Positions 19,351 to 30,107 of a stretch of 64,000 nt of DNA are shown here, in pieces; within the stretch, counting starts at the first letter, position 1; every line of letters starts with the position of its first letter. Source of the DNA: an uncultured Pseudomonadota bacterium (GTDB lineage: Bacteria; Pseudomonadota; Alphaproteobacteria; JACZXZ01); the NCBI GenBank assembly GCA_963749075.1, contig CAVVLJ010000016.1, forward strand, positions 1,216,001 to 1,280,000, in the 5' to 3' direction. The notes under the pieces are model-generated. The model ran no database searches. It worked only from the letters and a program-made list of their open reading frames with translations, and was not told the origin of the DNA. The position numbers and the translations under genes were made by a program.

Positions 19351-20467
19351 CTAGCCCCAGACCGCGCGCGCCACCTCGACGACGAGGCGGAGCTTGGCGA
19401 TCTCGTCGGCGATGCCGATGCGGTTGCCCTCGACGGTCGAGGAGAAGCCGCATTGCGGGCTGAGCGCCAGCTGGTCGAGGGGCACGTAGCGGGAGGCCTC
19501 CCCGATGCGGCGCTTGAGCTCGTCCGGCGCCTCGAGCGCCCCCTTCTTCGTCGTGACGAGGCCGAGCACGACGCGCTTCCCCTTGGGCACCAGGCGCAAG
19601 GGCGCGAAGCTGCCGGCGCGCGGGCTGTCGTACTCGAGGAAATAGCCGTCGACGGCGATCTCGTTGAAGAGGATGTCGGCTATGGGCTCGTAGCCGCCTT
19701 CGGCCACCCAGGCGCTCTGGAAGTTGCCGCGGCAGAGATGCATGCAGATCGTCATGCCGGGCGGCCGTCCGGCGATCGCCGCATTGATGAGCTTGGCATA
19801 GGTCTTGGGCAGGCTCTCCGGATCCTCGCCGATCGAGCGCACCTGCTCGCGCAGCTTGGGATCGCAGAGATAGGCGAGATTGACCTCGTCGATCTGCAGA
19901 TAAGTGCAGCCCGCGCGGCCGAGATCCGCCACCTCCTCGGCATAGACTCGCCCCAGATCGGCGTAGAAGTCCGCGATGTCGGGATAGGCCTCAGCGTCGA
20001 TCGCCCGCCTGCCGCCGCGGAAATGCATGGTGCTGGGAGAGGGGATGGTCACCTTGGGCGTCGCCTTGGCGACCGATTTGAGGAAGCGGAAATCGTCCCC
20101 CATGATCGGCTGCGGCCGCGCGAGCTTGCCGGTGACGCGCAGGCCGGGCGGCATGAGCTCGAACGTCGCCGTCCTCGCTGTGGAAGCGCGCCTTCACGCT
20201 CGGCGGCACCACCGTCGCGTTGGTGAAGCGCTCGAGGAAGTCGAGATGCCACCAGGTGCGGCGGAACTCGCCGTCGGTGACCGCCTTGAGGCCGATGTCC
20301 TCCTGGAGCTTGACGACCTCGCGGATGCACTTGTCCTCGACCGCGCGCAGCTCGGCGGCCGAGAGCCTGCCGGTCTTCTTCGCCTCGCGCGCGGCGAGGA
20401 GCTCGGGCGGCCGCAGCAGGCTGCCGACGTGGTCGGCGCGATAGGGCGGTCGGTCGGCTTGCGGCAT
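19351..20467 (-). CDS. Cobalamin-independent methionine synthase II family (single-barrel MetE-like); apparent +1 frameshift at 20162-20163
   Basis: RADHVGSLLRP, TDGEFRR, HLCRGN, FLEYD, LSPQCGFSS Zn ligands; two ORF halves join on removing one base. Confidence 0.9.
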
Positions 20468-20612
20468 CGCTCCCTCCCCCGCCCCTCGAGCGCACGCTCT
20501 GCGGCACCCGGGGACGGTTGTGCTTGGCAGAGCGGAGCTTAGCACAAGGCGGATAACGGAGGCGACACGGTGGTCTCGGCGGCGCTGTGACGCCGGACCC
20601 TTTGACCGGCAA

Positions 20613-20647
20613 CGCCGCGGAGGGGCAGGTGCTCCTCCTCCGCGGCG
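20613..20647 (-). terminator. GC-rich hairpin downstream of the protease gene
   Basis: CGCCGCGGAGG...CCTCCGCGGCG 11-bp stem; no strong U tract. Confidence 0.4.
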
Positions 20648-20684
20648 CGCCCGATGCGCCCTCATCCGCTGCGGCGGACCGCGA

Positions 20685-21599
20685 CTATGTGTGGTAGATC
20701 GCCGTGAAGTTGTCGATGCCCCACATGTCGGAGTCGATGCCGCATTGGCCGTAGCCGATCCAGAAGTAGCCGCCGAGGCCCCAGGTCGGTCCCCAGCTGT
20801 TCTTGCAGAGCCAAGCCTGCAGCGGGTTGCTGTAGCCGATGCAGCAGACGCAATGTCCGCCGGCCAAGGCACCCGAGCTATGCCGGTAGACGCCGCTGTG
20901 GTAGGAGAAGAAGTCTTCGTAAACCGTGAAGCAGGTGTCGAGCGGGCCTTTGGTCGCGAGCCATTCCTTCATTGCGGCTGCGCTGGTAAGGCTCGTGGTG
21001 GCGCCGACCTTTGTCAGCAGCTTCTGCCAATCCTTGCACAGATTGCACGCTTGATTGCCGGCCGTGTAGGGGAAGCAGGACTCCGGCGTCAAGCCGGTGG
21101 CGTGGGCGTAGGCGAATGCCGAGGTCGGATACCAGCCCGTCTGGCAGTTGTGCTGGTCCTGCGGGGTCTTGCTGCAATAGAAGAACTGCGCCTCGGAGAC
21201 GTCCTGGAGCTGCTGGCCCTTGGGCGTTCCGAGCGGTCCGCCGTAGTCAATGCGCATTTGGCCGTCGATCGTGGCACCGGTGCCGAAAGCGACGCACGAG
21301 CCGCAATTCCCCTGGTCCTTCACGGCGCTGATGTAATTGTGACCGTTGTAATTGCGCCAGTCCACGCCTGCGGGCTGGAGCCCCTGCGGCGCGGCGAGCG
21401 CGGCGAGGTGGACCCGCAGGTTGGCGAGCGCGCGGCTCTCCCGCTCCGCAAGGCTCGACTCTCCCGCGGGGATGGTGACGCCGAGCCGGGCATGCCGCTC
21501 TTCGAGCGAGAGCTCGAGGAGGGCATTGTGTGCTGCAGTCCAGCTCGCATTCGCTTCCTTGAGTATGCTCTGCAGGGCGATAAGTTCTTCGCTGGCCAT
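20685..21599 (-). CDS. Papain-family (C1A) cysteine protease with propeptide
   Basis: DWR, QGNCGSCVAF (catalytic Cys), GGHCV (His), KNSWG..WG..GYF (Asn); no signal peptide. Confidence 0.93.
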   Translation of the reverse strand: MASEELIALQSILKEANASWTAAHNALLELSLEERHARLGVTIPAGESSLAERESRALANLRVHLAALAAPQGLQPAGVDWRNYNGHNYISAVKDQGNCGSCVAFGTGATIDGQMRIDYGGPLGTPKGQQLQDVSEAQFFYCSKTPQDQHNCQTGWYPTSAFAYAHATGLTPESCFPYTAGNQACNLCKDWQKLLTKVGATTSLTSAAAMKEWLATKGPLDTCFTVYEDFFSYHSGVYRHSSGALAGGHCVCCIGYSNPLQAWLCKNSWGPTWGLGGYFWIGYGQCGIDSDMWGIDNFTAIYHT

Positions 21600-21632
21600 G
21601 GGTGTCTCCCGTCGGTTGACGAGCGCCCCGCG

Positions 21633-21956
21633 TCAACGAACGCTGAGGGTGAACGCGTGGTGCTCGATGATTGACCCTTCCCCTTGCCACTTCCGCCACA
21701 GCTTGAGCCGGAGCACGACTTCGCCCTTTGCCGTGAGCCGCAAGCGGAAGACGCGCTCGCCCTCGCCCCCCACCGCACTGCCGGCGGGCGGGATCCAACG
21801 GTCTTCCAGCGTTTCCACGGCGTGTGGCTTCGAGAACTCGAGGCTCCAGCGGTAGCCGGTCGAGGGGATCTCCTTGAGTCTGATCGTCACGCTCTCGCCA
21901 ACCGTGGCGTGCTTGGTCGTGCCGTCATCCGTGGGGGTCAACACCAGTTCCGCCAT
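21633..21956 (-). CDS. Chagasin-family (I42) cysteine protease inhibitor
   Basis: EIPSTGYRW (NPTTGY-like), VGGEG, 107-aa beta-sandwich; GGAG SD. Confidence 0.85.
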   Translation of the reverse strand: MAELVLTPTDDGTTKHATVGESVTIRLKEIPSTGYRWSLEFSKPHAVETLEDRWIPPAGSAVGGEGERVFRLRLTAKGEVVLRLKLWRKWQGEGSIIEHHAFTLSVR

Positions 21957-22257
21957 CTCGCTCTGCACTCCATCGACTGCAACGATGGGCGGCGGGCTAG
22001 ATAGCGCCAGAATAAGTGCTTGCACCGCCCACAAGACAATACCCCCTTCCCGCCGTACGCGGGCGCCGGACCGGCATTTTTGGACAAGCCGCCGCCGATC
22101 GCCTCAAGCCTGTTGCGAGCCGCCTAAAGATTGCAGGTTTGCGTCGCTATGCTCGCTAAAGTTAGCGTAGCGCAATTCAGGACTTTAAGGTAGTGGATTT
22201 TTATTTCTTTACTCTTATAGGTAGTTTATCCGCCGCCCTCGCTTGCCGCCAACCGCC

Positions 22258-23649
22258 TCAGGGTGCCAGTGCCGCGCTGAGGTCGCCGACCTTCGCCTCG
22301 CGGTCGCTGAGCGGCGCCAGATTGTAGCGCTCGTGGATGAGCTTGAGGATCGAGGTGGTGTCGTAGAGGGTATGGTCGATGTAGCCGCGCCTGGCAAACG
22401 GCGAGACCACGATGAGCGGCACGCGCGTGCCGGGACCCCATTGATCGAGCTTGGGCGGCGCCACATGGTCCCAGAAGCCGCCGTTCTCGTCGTAGGTGAT
22501 GATGATCACCGTGTCGCTCCAGGCGGGACTCGCCTGGATGGCGCTGATCACCGCCTCGACCTTGTGATCGCCCATGACGAGCTCGGCGTAGCCGGGGTGC
22601 TGATCCTCGGCACCGATCGGCTTCCAGAAGGCGACCGCCGGGAGCCGCCCCGCCTTGATGTCGGCGAAGAGATCGGCCTCGTCCTTGAGGTGGTCTTTCT
22701 TCGCGGCGGTGCCGTCGGCGAACTGGGCGAAATAGACGAAGGGCTGGTGGTGGTACTCGAAGAGCTTGTCCGGGTGCCCGGCCAGCGCGTCGTTCCAGCC
22801 GCCGCCGTACCAGGCCCAGCTCACCTGGCGCTCGGAGAGCTGATCGCCGACGGTCACCAGCCCTTTTTGCGACGGCAGCAGCGTCTCGGGCTTGGCCGAG
22901 GCGGGATGGGGCGCATTCACGCTGTAGATGGTATTGACCGCAATGCCGTCGGGCGTGACGGCGCCGTCCTCGAGCATGTTGCCGGCGGCATCGACCTTGG
23001 CTGTGATCTCCTCGGGCGCTCCCGGGTAGCGCGTGATGCAGCCACAGACCAGCCAGATGTGGTTCATGTAGGAGCCGCCGAAGGTGCCGTGGAAGTAGTT
23101 GTCGGCGAGCGTATAGTCCTTGGCGTAGCGCCAGATCGAGGTCTTGCCGATGTCGTAGTAGCCCATGGAGAGCGTGGCGGCGTCGGAGTAGGCGACGAAC
23201 TTGTCCATCTTGCCGCCGTCGATCTGGGCGCGCTCCTGGTACCAGCGGTGCACGAGGTCGCCGGTCGGTTGGTCGATCGGCACATATTTGTCGATGGCGA
23301 ACGGCCCGTTGGGCAGATCCTTGGGGAAGCGCTCATCGACCCGCGGCGGCTTCGCGTCGGCCTCGATGACCGGGGGCAGCGCGGCATAGGGCTTGCCCTC
23401 CTTGTCCACCTGCGTCACAGCACCGTCCGCGTTGTCGAGGCCGTTGGCCCCGGGGAAATGGCCGAAGAGGTTGTCGAAGCTGCGGTTCTCCAGATAGACG
23501 ACGAAGATATGCCCGATGCGGTCGAGCGACGCCCCCGAGGCACCCTGCGCCAGGGCGGGAACGGCCGGGAGGAAAAGGCCGAGGGCCGCCGCCGCGGCGG
23601 CCGTGACGATGGCGGTGCGGAGCATGCCGAATCTCTCACTGATGAACAT
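22258..23649 (-). CDS. Secreted phosphoesterase (acid phosphatase AcpA/phospholipase C family)
   Basis: ENRSFDN, DLVHRWY, YHHQPF, TYDENGGFWDHV, GPGTRVP; signal peptide. Confidence 0.92.
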   Translation of the reverse strand: MFISERFGMLRTAIVTAAAAAALGLFLPAVPALAQGASGASLDRIGHIFVVYLENRSFDNLFGHFPGANGLDNADGAVTQVDKEGKPYAALPPVIEADAKPPRVDERFPKDLPNGPFAIDKYVPIDQPTGDLVHRWYQERAQIDGGKMDKFVAYSDAATLSMGYYDIGKTSIWRYAKDYTLADNYFHGTFGGSYMNHIWLVCGCITRYPGAPEEITAKVDAAGNMLEDGAVTPDGIAVNTIYSVNAPHPASAKPETLLPSQKGLVTVGDQLSERQVSWAWYGGGWNDALAGHPDKLFEYHHQPFVYFAQFADGTAAKKDHLKDEADLFADIKAGRLPAVAFWKPIGAEDQHPGYAELVMGDHKVEAVISAIQASPAWSDTVIIITYDENGGFWDHVAPPKLDQWGPGTRVPLIVVSPFARRGYIDHTLYDTTSILKLIHERYNLAPLSDREAKVGDLSAALAP

Positions 23650-23843
23650 GGTCCATTCACTTTTGTACCGGTGAGGCTGTGCCAGGGTGGCACGCTTACC
23701 CATCGCGTTCGGTTGCGAATATGTGAAGCTATGGCTACAAGGCGCATTGCCGAGCGCTCGCTTTTGCCTGCCGCGGCAATGGAACTCGGACTAGGATGTG
23801 CGGCGACCCCTCCGCTTACCGACGAACCCCCCGCCCGCCGCCC

Positions 23844-25067
23844 ATGCCGAGCCTTGCAGCACCCCCGCTTCCGCCCAGCCCCTCCGATCAGGGCCGCGCG
23901 GCGCTCGCCATCACGCTGGCTATCCAGGTGCTGGCCTCGGGGTCCGCGCTCGCGGGCCCGGTGCTGGCGCCGCTCGCCGCGCGCTCGATCGGCGTCGAGC
24001 CCTACCTGGTCGGCATCTTCGTCTCGCTCATTTATGGTTTCGGCGCCGCCACCAGCCTGGTGAGCGGCGGCTTCATCGAGCGCTTCGGGCCGATGCGGGT
24101 GAGCCAGCTGAGCCTCCTCTTCTGCGTGGCAGGCCTGGCGCTTGGCGCGCTCGGAACCCCTCTTGCAGCGCTCGGCGCCGCGGCCCTCCTGGGTGCGGGC
24201 TACGGTCCGATCACGCCCGCCTCCTCCCACATCCTCGCCCGCACCACGCCGCCCGCGCGCATCAATCTCGTGTTCTCGCTCAAGCAGACGGGGGTGCCGC
24301 TCGGCAATGCGCTCGCCGCGGCCATCCTGCCGGGCGTCGCGGCATTCCTCGGCTGGCGCGTCGCGGTTCTTGCCACGGCGGCCCTCTGCCTTGTCACGGC
24401 CGCCGCCGCCGAGCCCCTGCGCCGCCCCCTCGACCGCGAGCGCGACCGCCACCGCCCGCTCCTCTCCGCAGCCCACCTGGCCGCTCCCTTCCGGCTGGTT
24501 TTCCGCTCGCCCGTGCTGCGCAAGCTCGCCCTCACCTCGTTCGCCTTCGCCGGCATGCAGACGAGCCTGGCCGCCTTCCTCGTCACTTATCTCAGCGAGC
24601 GCGTCGCCATGTCGGTGGTGCTGGCCGGCGCCGTGCTCGCCGCGGCCCAGGGCGCAGGCGTGATCGGGCGCATTCTCTGGGGTTTCGTCGCCGACCGTTT
24701 CGTGGCGCCGGTCAAGCTCCTCGGCACCCTCGGCGTCGTGATGTCGGCCTCGGCGGTGCTGGTGGCGCTTTTCACCGCCGGCTGGCCGCTTGCGGCCATC
24801 ATTGCCGTGTGTCTCGTCTATGGCGGCACGGCAGTCGCCTGGAACGGCGTGCACCTCGCCCAGATCGCGCGCTACGCGCCGCCCGGGCGCGCGGGCGAGG
24901 TCACGGGCGGCGCCAGCTTCTTCACCTTTGCCGGCGTCATGGTGGTGCCCGCACTCTTCAGCGCGGTTCTCGCAGCGTCCGGGAGCTACACGATGGGCTT
25001 TTGCGCCGCGGCGGCGCTGTCGCTCGCGGGTGCCATAACGCTCTTCATTCCGGAGCGGCGCGGCTGA
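23844..25067 (+). CDS. MFS transporter
   Basis: About 12 TM helices, ERFGP motif A-like, SLKQTGVPLG, WGFVADRF. Confidence 0.88.
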   Translation: MPSLAAPPLPPSPSDQGRAALAITLAIQVLASGSALAGPVLAPLAARSIGVEPYLVGIFVSLIYGFGAATSLVSGGFIERFGPMRVSQLSLLFCVAGLALGALGTPLAALGAAALLGAGYGPITPASSHILARTTPPARINLVFSLKQTGVPLGNALAAAILPGVAAFLGWRVAVLATAALCLVTAAAAEPLRRPLDRERDRHRPLLSAAHLAAPFRLVFRSPVLRKLALTSFAFAGMQTSLAAFLVTYLSERVAMSVVLAGAVLAAAQGAGVIGRILWGFVADRFVAPVKLLGTLGVVMSASAVLVALFTAGWPLAAIIAVCLVYGGTAVAWNGVHLAQIARYAPPGRAGEVTGGASFFTFAGVMVVPALFSAVLAASGSYTMGFCAAAALSLAGAITLFIPERRG

Positions 25068-25083
25068 GCGGCGGTACGGCCGC

Positions 25084-25581
25084 TCACACGGGCGGTGCCG
25101 GCGACGGTGCCGCGTGCGCGTGCCGCCAATCCCACGGATCGTCGAAGGTGCCGGCCCACAGGCCCAGGCGTGCCGCCTTGGCGACCGACTGCACCTCGCC
25201 GTAGTCGAGGCCGGCCTGCCAATGCACGACGGCCATGCCGGCCGCGATCATGTCGCGGTTGATCTCCTCCTCGCCGGCGTAGCAGACGGCGAGCCGATGC
25301 CCGTCGATATCCCGCCCCAGCGGCTCGCATTTGACCGAGCGGCCGGCGATGAGATCGTTGAGCGTTTGCTTCGCCGCCTCGCCGCACGGCCAGCTGCCCC
25401 CGCCCTTGCTGCAGGTCTGGGCTAATCCGGGAGCCACCGCGTCGGCCAGGCGGAAGGTTTCCCCCTCTACCTTGAGCGTGCTGCCGTCGATGACGTCCGC
25501 CGGCCCGCTCAGTATCTCGTCGGCCAAAGCGGCTCGGCCGAGGAGGAAAATGCTTGTCAGCGCAATGGTGAACAGTCTCAT
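25084..25581 (-). CDS. Secreted thermonuclease (SNase-fold) family protein, catalytic motifs degenerate
   Basis: VIDGSTL, QTC..WPCG, AGMA, AKAARLGLWAG..PWDWR. Confidence 0.85.
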   Translation of the reverse strand: MRLFTIALTSIFLLGRAALADEILSGPADVIDGSTLKVEGETFRLADAVAPGLAQTCSKGGGSWPCGEAAKQTLNDLIAGRSVKCEPLGRDIDGHRLAVCYAGEEEINRDMIAAGMAVVHWQAGLDYGEVQSVAKAARLGLWAGTFDDPWDWRHAHAAPSPAPPV

Positions 25582-25746
25582 CGTCGCTAAACTCTAGCCG
25601 GCGACCATGGCGATTCTAGGGCGTCCTCCCGGACAAATTGCCGTGGGCGGCAACGCCGGGCGCGGCTATAGTGCGGCCCGGCCTCGCGCGAGACGAGGCA
25701 AGAGGAAAGCGCCGCCCATCCTGCCGCCGAAAAGCCCCCACCCGCC

Positions 25747-26646
25747 ATGACGAGCCTCGCGACCGCGTCCCGCACTGCTGCCGACGTGCGGCGCGGCATC
25801 CTCTGGATGCTGGCGGCGACGGTCTTCTTCGTGAGCATCGACACCACCGCCAAGTACTTGCTGCAGCGCTATCCGGTCGCGGAGGTCGTCTGGGGGCGCT
25901 ATCTCTTCCACGCGCTCTCCGGCATGGCGTGGGCCGGCCGCCGCCTGCCTACCGTCGTGATGCGCGCGCGCTTCCGCGTGCAGGTGCTGCGCGGCCTCTT
26001 TCTTCTAACGTCCACGGCGCTCTATTTCGCCGCACTGCGCAGCGTGCCCATCGCGGACTGCACCTCGATCATGTTCCTGGCGCCGATCATTGTCACGGCC
26101 CTCTCGGTGCCGCTGCTCGGCGAGCCCGTGGGCACGCGGCGCTGGATCGGCGTTGCCGTCGGCTTTGCCGGCGCGCTCATCATCGTGCGTCCCGGCAGCG
26201 GCGTCATAGCCCTGGCGGCCGTGCTGCTGGTCGTCTCGGCCTGCGTCAGCGCGCTCTACCAGATCCTGACGCGCGTGCTCAACCGCACCGACGATCCCTT
26301 GGCCACCAACATCTACAGCGCGCTCATCGGCACGGCGATCGCGGCCGGCGCCCTCCCCTTCGCGTGGCTGACGCCCGATCTCGAGGGCTGGCTCCTCATG
26401 GCGCTCGCCGGCCTCTTCGGCGCGATCGGCCATTACTGCATGATCAGGGCGCTCGCCGCGGCACCTGCCGCCACCGTGGTGCCGTTCAGCTACGTGGGCT
26501 TGATCTGGGCGACGCTTTTCGGCTTCGCCGTCTTCGGCGACCTGCCCGACGGCTGGACCGTGCTCGGCGCGCTTATCGTCGCCGGCAGCGGGCTCTATAT
26601 CTTCTATCGCGCCGAGGTGGTGAAGCGCGCGCGGGCGGCCAAATGA
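25747..26646 (+). CDS. DMT/EamA-family transporter
   Basis: About 10 TM helices, LLGEPVGTRRW, IIVRPG, FGDLPD. Confidence 0.9.
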   Translation: MTSLATASRTAADVRRGILWMLAATVFFVSIDTTAKYLLQRYPVAEVVWGRYLFHALSGMAWAGRRLPTVVMRARFRVQVLRGLFLLTSTALYFAALRSVPIADCTSIMFLAPIIVTALSVPLLGEPVGTRRWIGVAVGFAGALIIVRPGSGVIALAAVLLVVSACVSALYQILTRVLNRTDDPLATNIYSALIGTAIAAGALPFAWLTPDLEGWLLMALAGLFGAIGHYCMIRALAAAPAATVVPFSYVGLIWATLFGFAVFGDLPDGWTVLGALIVAGSGLYIFYRAEVVKRARAAK

Positions 26647-26802
26647 GGCGCGGCCGAGCTGCCGCCAACTCGAGTCCCGGCTTGGCGCGCGGACAAGGCC
26701 CCATCGCGACGAGAATTCTTCTTTTGCAATTCTCGGTAGGAGGCATAGCATTTGGTAAGGATGTGCCGAAGACATGACGTGCGAAGACGATAGAGAAGAC
26801 CC

Positions 26803-29800
26803 GTGACCGGCGGTAGCGGAAGCTCGCCAGGGAGAATCGCGGGGCGCCCGCCGGGGCCGTCCTGGTGGTCGATGATGAACCCCAGGTCTTGGCCGCAATC
26901 GAGGACGAGCTTGGCGGTCAATATCGCGTCCTGCTCGAGACTTCGCCTGCCTCCGCCATCAAGCGCCTGGAGCAGGAGAAGCTCTCGGTCATCATCTCCG
27001 ATCAACGCATGCCCGGCATGAGCGGCCACGAGTTCCTGGCCCGCGCGCAGGTCGTCAGCGACGCGACGCGCATCCTGATCACCGGCTACTCCGACATCGA
27101 GGCCATGGTCTCGGCGGTCAACCAGGGGCACATCTTCGGCTATCTCTCGAAGCCCTGGGATCCGGATCACCTGAGACTCCTTGTGATGAAGGCCAACGAG
27201 CATTTCAACCTGCTGCAGAGATTAAGCGGCGAGCAGACCTTGCTGCACAACCTCATGGACAACATACCGGACGCCATCTTCTTCACGGATCGCGCGCATC
27301 GCTTCCTGCGCGTCAACAGGGTTCTCGCCCGCGCTCTGGGCCTCGAGCATCCGAGCGAGGCGGAGGGAAAGTCGCTGGCGCAATTCCGCTCGGCACCACT
27401 CACCGAGGAGATCGAGAAGGAGGAGAAGGCCATCTTGGAGACCGGGGTACCGATCACCGACCGCGTCGTGCGGAGCGAAAGCGAGGACGGTCAGGTGAGC
27501 TGGCACTCGGTGACGCGCGCGCCGGTGCGCAACGAGAAGGGGGAGATCGCGAGCATCGTCGGCATTCGGCGTGACGTGACCAGCCGGATGCTGGCGGAAA
27601 TCGAATTGCGGAAGAGCGAGGAGCGCTTCCGATTGCTCGTCGAGGGCGTCAAGGATTATGCGATCATCATGCTCGATGAGGGAGGACGGATCGTCACCTG
27701 GAACGATGGCGCGCGTCGGCTCAAGGGATATGCCGAGTCCGAAATCGCCGGTCAGTCGATGGAGCGCTTCTATACGCCCGAGGACTTGGCCGCGGGCAAG
27801 CCGGCCCGGTTGCTCGCGCTGGCGGTGGCCGAGGGCCGTTGCGAAGACCAGGGCTGGCGGGTGCGCAAGGACGGCACGCGCTTCTACGCGGACGTCGTCC
27901 TCACGGCGATGCGCGACCACGCGGGCGCGCTCGTGGGCTTTACCAAAATCACTCGGGATATCACCGAGCGCAAGGCGAGCGAGGAGGCGATCGCCCGTCT
28001 CGTCCGGCTCTATGCGGTGCTGAGCGGCATCAACTCCTTGATCGTGCGCGTCCGGGATCGCCAACAGCTCTTCGAGGAAGTCTGTCGCGTTGCGGTCGAG
28101 CAAGGCCAGCTTGCCATGGCGTGGGTCGGCCGCCTCGACGCCGCTGCGGTCACGGTCAAGACGATTGCGAGCTACGGTCCGGGAGCGGAGCGGCTCCCCG
28201 AAGACGAAGTCGGCATCGGCGAGGACAGGCCCGAGGGCCGCGGCACGATCGGGCAGGCGGTGCGCGAGCGGAAGATCGCGATGTGCAACGACATCGCGGG
28301 CGCTCCCGATGTCGGCGTCGCGAGGCGCACCGCGGTCGGGCTGGGCTATGGCTCGGTGGTGTCGCTGCCGGTCGTCGCCGGCGACGAGGTGGTCGCCGTT
28401 TGCGTCCTCTACGCTCCGAAGCCGGATTTCTTCGACGAGATGGAATTGCGCCTGCTCGAGGAGATGGCAGGGGATATCTCCTTTGCGCTGGAGCATATCG
28501 CCAAGGAGGAGAAGCTCGACTATCTGGCGCTCTACGACGCGCTGACCGGACTTCCCAACCGCACGCTCTTCAGCGACCGCCTGGCACGGGACGTGCACGC
28601 CGCCAACGGCTCGAACGGGGGCGTCGGCGTCCTCCTGATCGACGTGGAGCGCTTCCGGCACTTCAACGATGCCCTGGGCCGGCACGCGGGCGACACGCTC
28701 TTGAAGCTCGTGGCCGAGCGCTTGGTGCGCGCCGCCATGGTCAAGGAGGGCGTGAGCCGGATCGGAGCCGATCTCTTCGCCATGGCATTGCCCAACGTGA
28801 GGGGCGGTGCCGAGGTGGCCCGCTTCGTGGACGAGCACCTGCTGCCGCAGCTTCTCCTGGACTACGAGATCGAGGGCGAGGAGGTGCGCAGCTCGGTGCG
28901 GCTCGGCATTGCGATGTCCCCGGACGACGGACGGGACGCCGAGACGCTCTTGGCCAATGCCGAGGCCGCCCTGAAGAAAGCCAAGAGCTCGGGCGAGCGC
29001 TACGTCTTCTACGCGGCGGAGATGAATGCAAGGGTGTCCGACGAGCTGAGGCTCGAGACCAAGCTGCGGCAAGCGCAGGAAAAGGGACAGTTCATTCTGT
29101 ATTATCAGCCTAAAGTAGATATCAAGAGCAACAGGATCACCGGCCTCGAGGCCCTCATCCGCTGGAAGGACCCCAACTCGGGGATCGTACCGCCCGGCCT
29201 GTTCATTCCCATTCTCGAGGAGACGGGCCTGATCCTGGAGGTCGGGAAGTGGGCCATCGGGCGGGCCGGCGCGGATCACAGGCGCTGGATCGACAAAGGG
29301 CTCGTCCCGCCCCGGATTGCCGTCAACGTCTCGCCCATCCAGCTCAGGCGCGACGATTTCGTCGATACGGTGGTGACGGCACTCTCGGCGAACCCGGGAT
29401 TCGCCAAGGAGCTCGATATCGAGATCACGGAAAGCGCCATCATGGAGAGCGTCGAGTCGCACATTCCGAAGCTCCGCGCGCTCAGGGACATGGGGATCGG
29501 CATCGCCATCGATGATTTCGGCACCGGCTACTCCTCGCTCGCCTACATCGCGAAGCTGCCGGTGAGCGAGCTCAAGATCGATCGCGCCTTCATCGTCAAC
29601 ATGCCGAGCAGCCCCGACGACTTGGGGATCGTCACGACGATCATCTCGCTCGCCCGCGGGCTCGAGCTCGTGGTCGTGGCGGAAGGGGTGGAGACCGAAG
29701 AGCAGGCAAAGATCCTCAAGCTGGTGAAGTGCAACCAGATGCAGGGCTACTTCATCAGCAAGCCGCGCCCCCCCGACGAGATCGACGCCATGCTGGCGCG

Positions 29801-29813
29801 GAGGAAGCCTTGA
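26803..29813 (+). CDS. REC-PAS-PAS-GAF-GGDEF(degenerate)-EAL c-di-GMP phosphodiesterase; start uncertain (possible missing base near 26830)
   Basis: VVDDE..ISDQRMP..KPW receiver; two PAS/PAC (RDVT, RDITERK); GAF; DALTGLPNR..GADLF; EAL and DDFGTGYSSL. In-frame TAG at 26814 and first in-frame GTG (26865) lies inside REC strand 1. Confidence 0.9.
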
Positions 29814-30107
29814 CGGTGGCGTCCGCGGCCCGTGCCCCGCGCCGCGGGACTGGAGTCACCCGTCAGAGGCCGGCTCGAAATGATCCGTCCATTTTCGAGC
29901 AGCGATCGGTCATTCCAGCAAAAGCGCCGGCGGATGCGCAAATCTCCGAGAAAGAGATCGGCGGAAACCGGACCCTGACGCAATTGCGGCGCACGCGGGC
30001 AGTGCATCGACAAGTCCTCTCGGTTCGAAATTCGCATAGCTGTGCCGCTCCGAGAGCTGCCATAGTTCACTTCCGTGCCGACGCGCAGGTCTCCGCCGGA
30101 GGAAGGA

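Noticed and set aside
29873-29900. Inverted repeat GCTCGAAA..TTTCGAGC in a 290-bp intergenic region as an sRNA or riboswitch
   Set aside because: Short stem only, no recognisable RNA family; could be a terminator or operator
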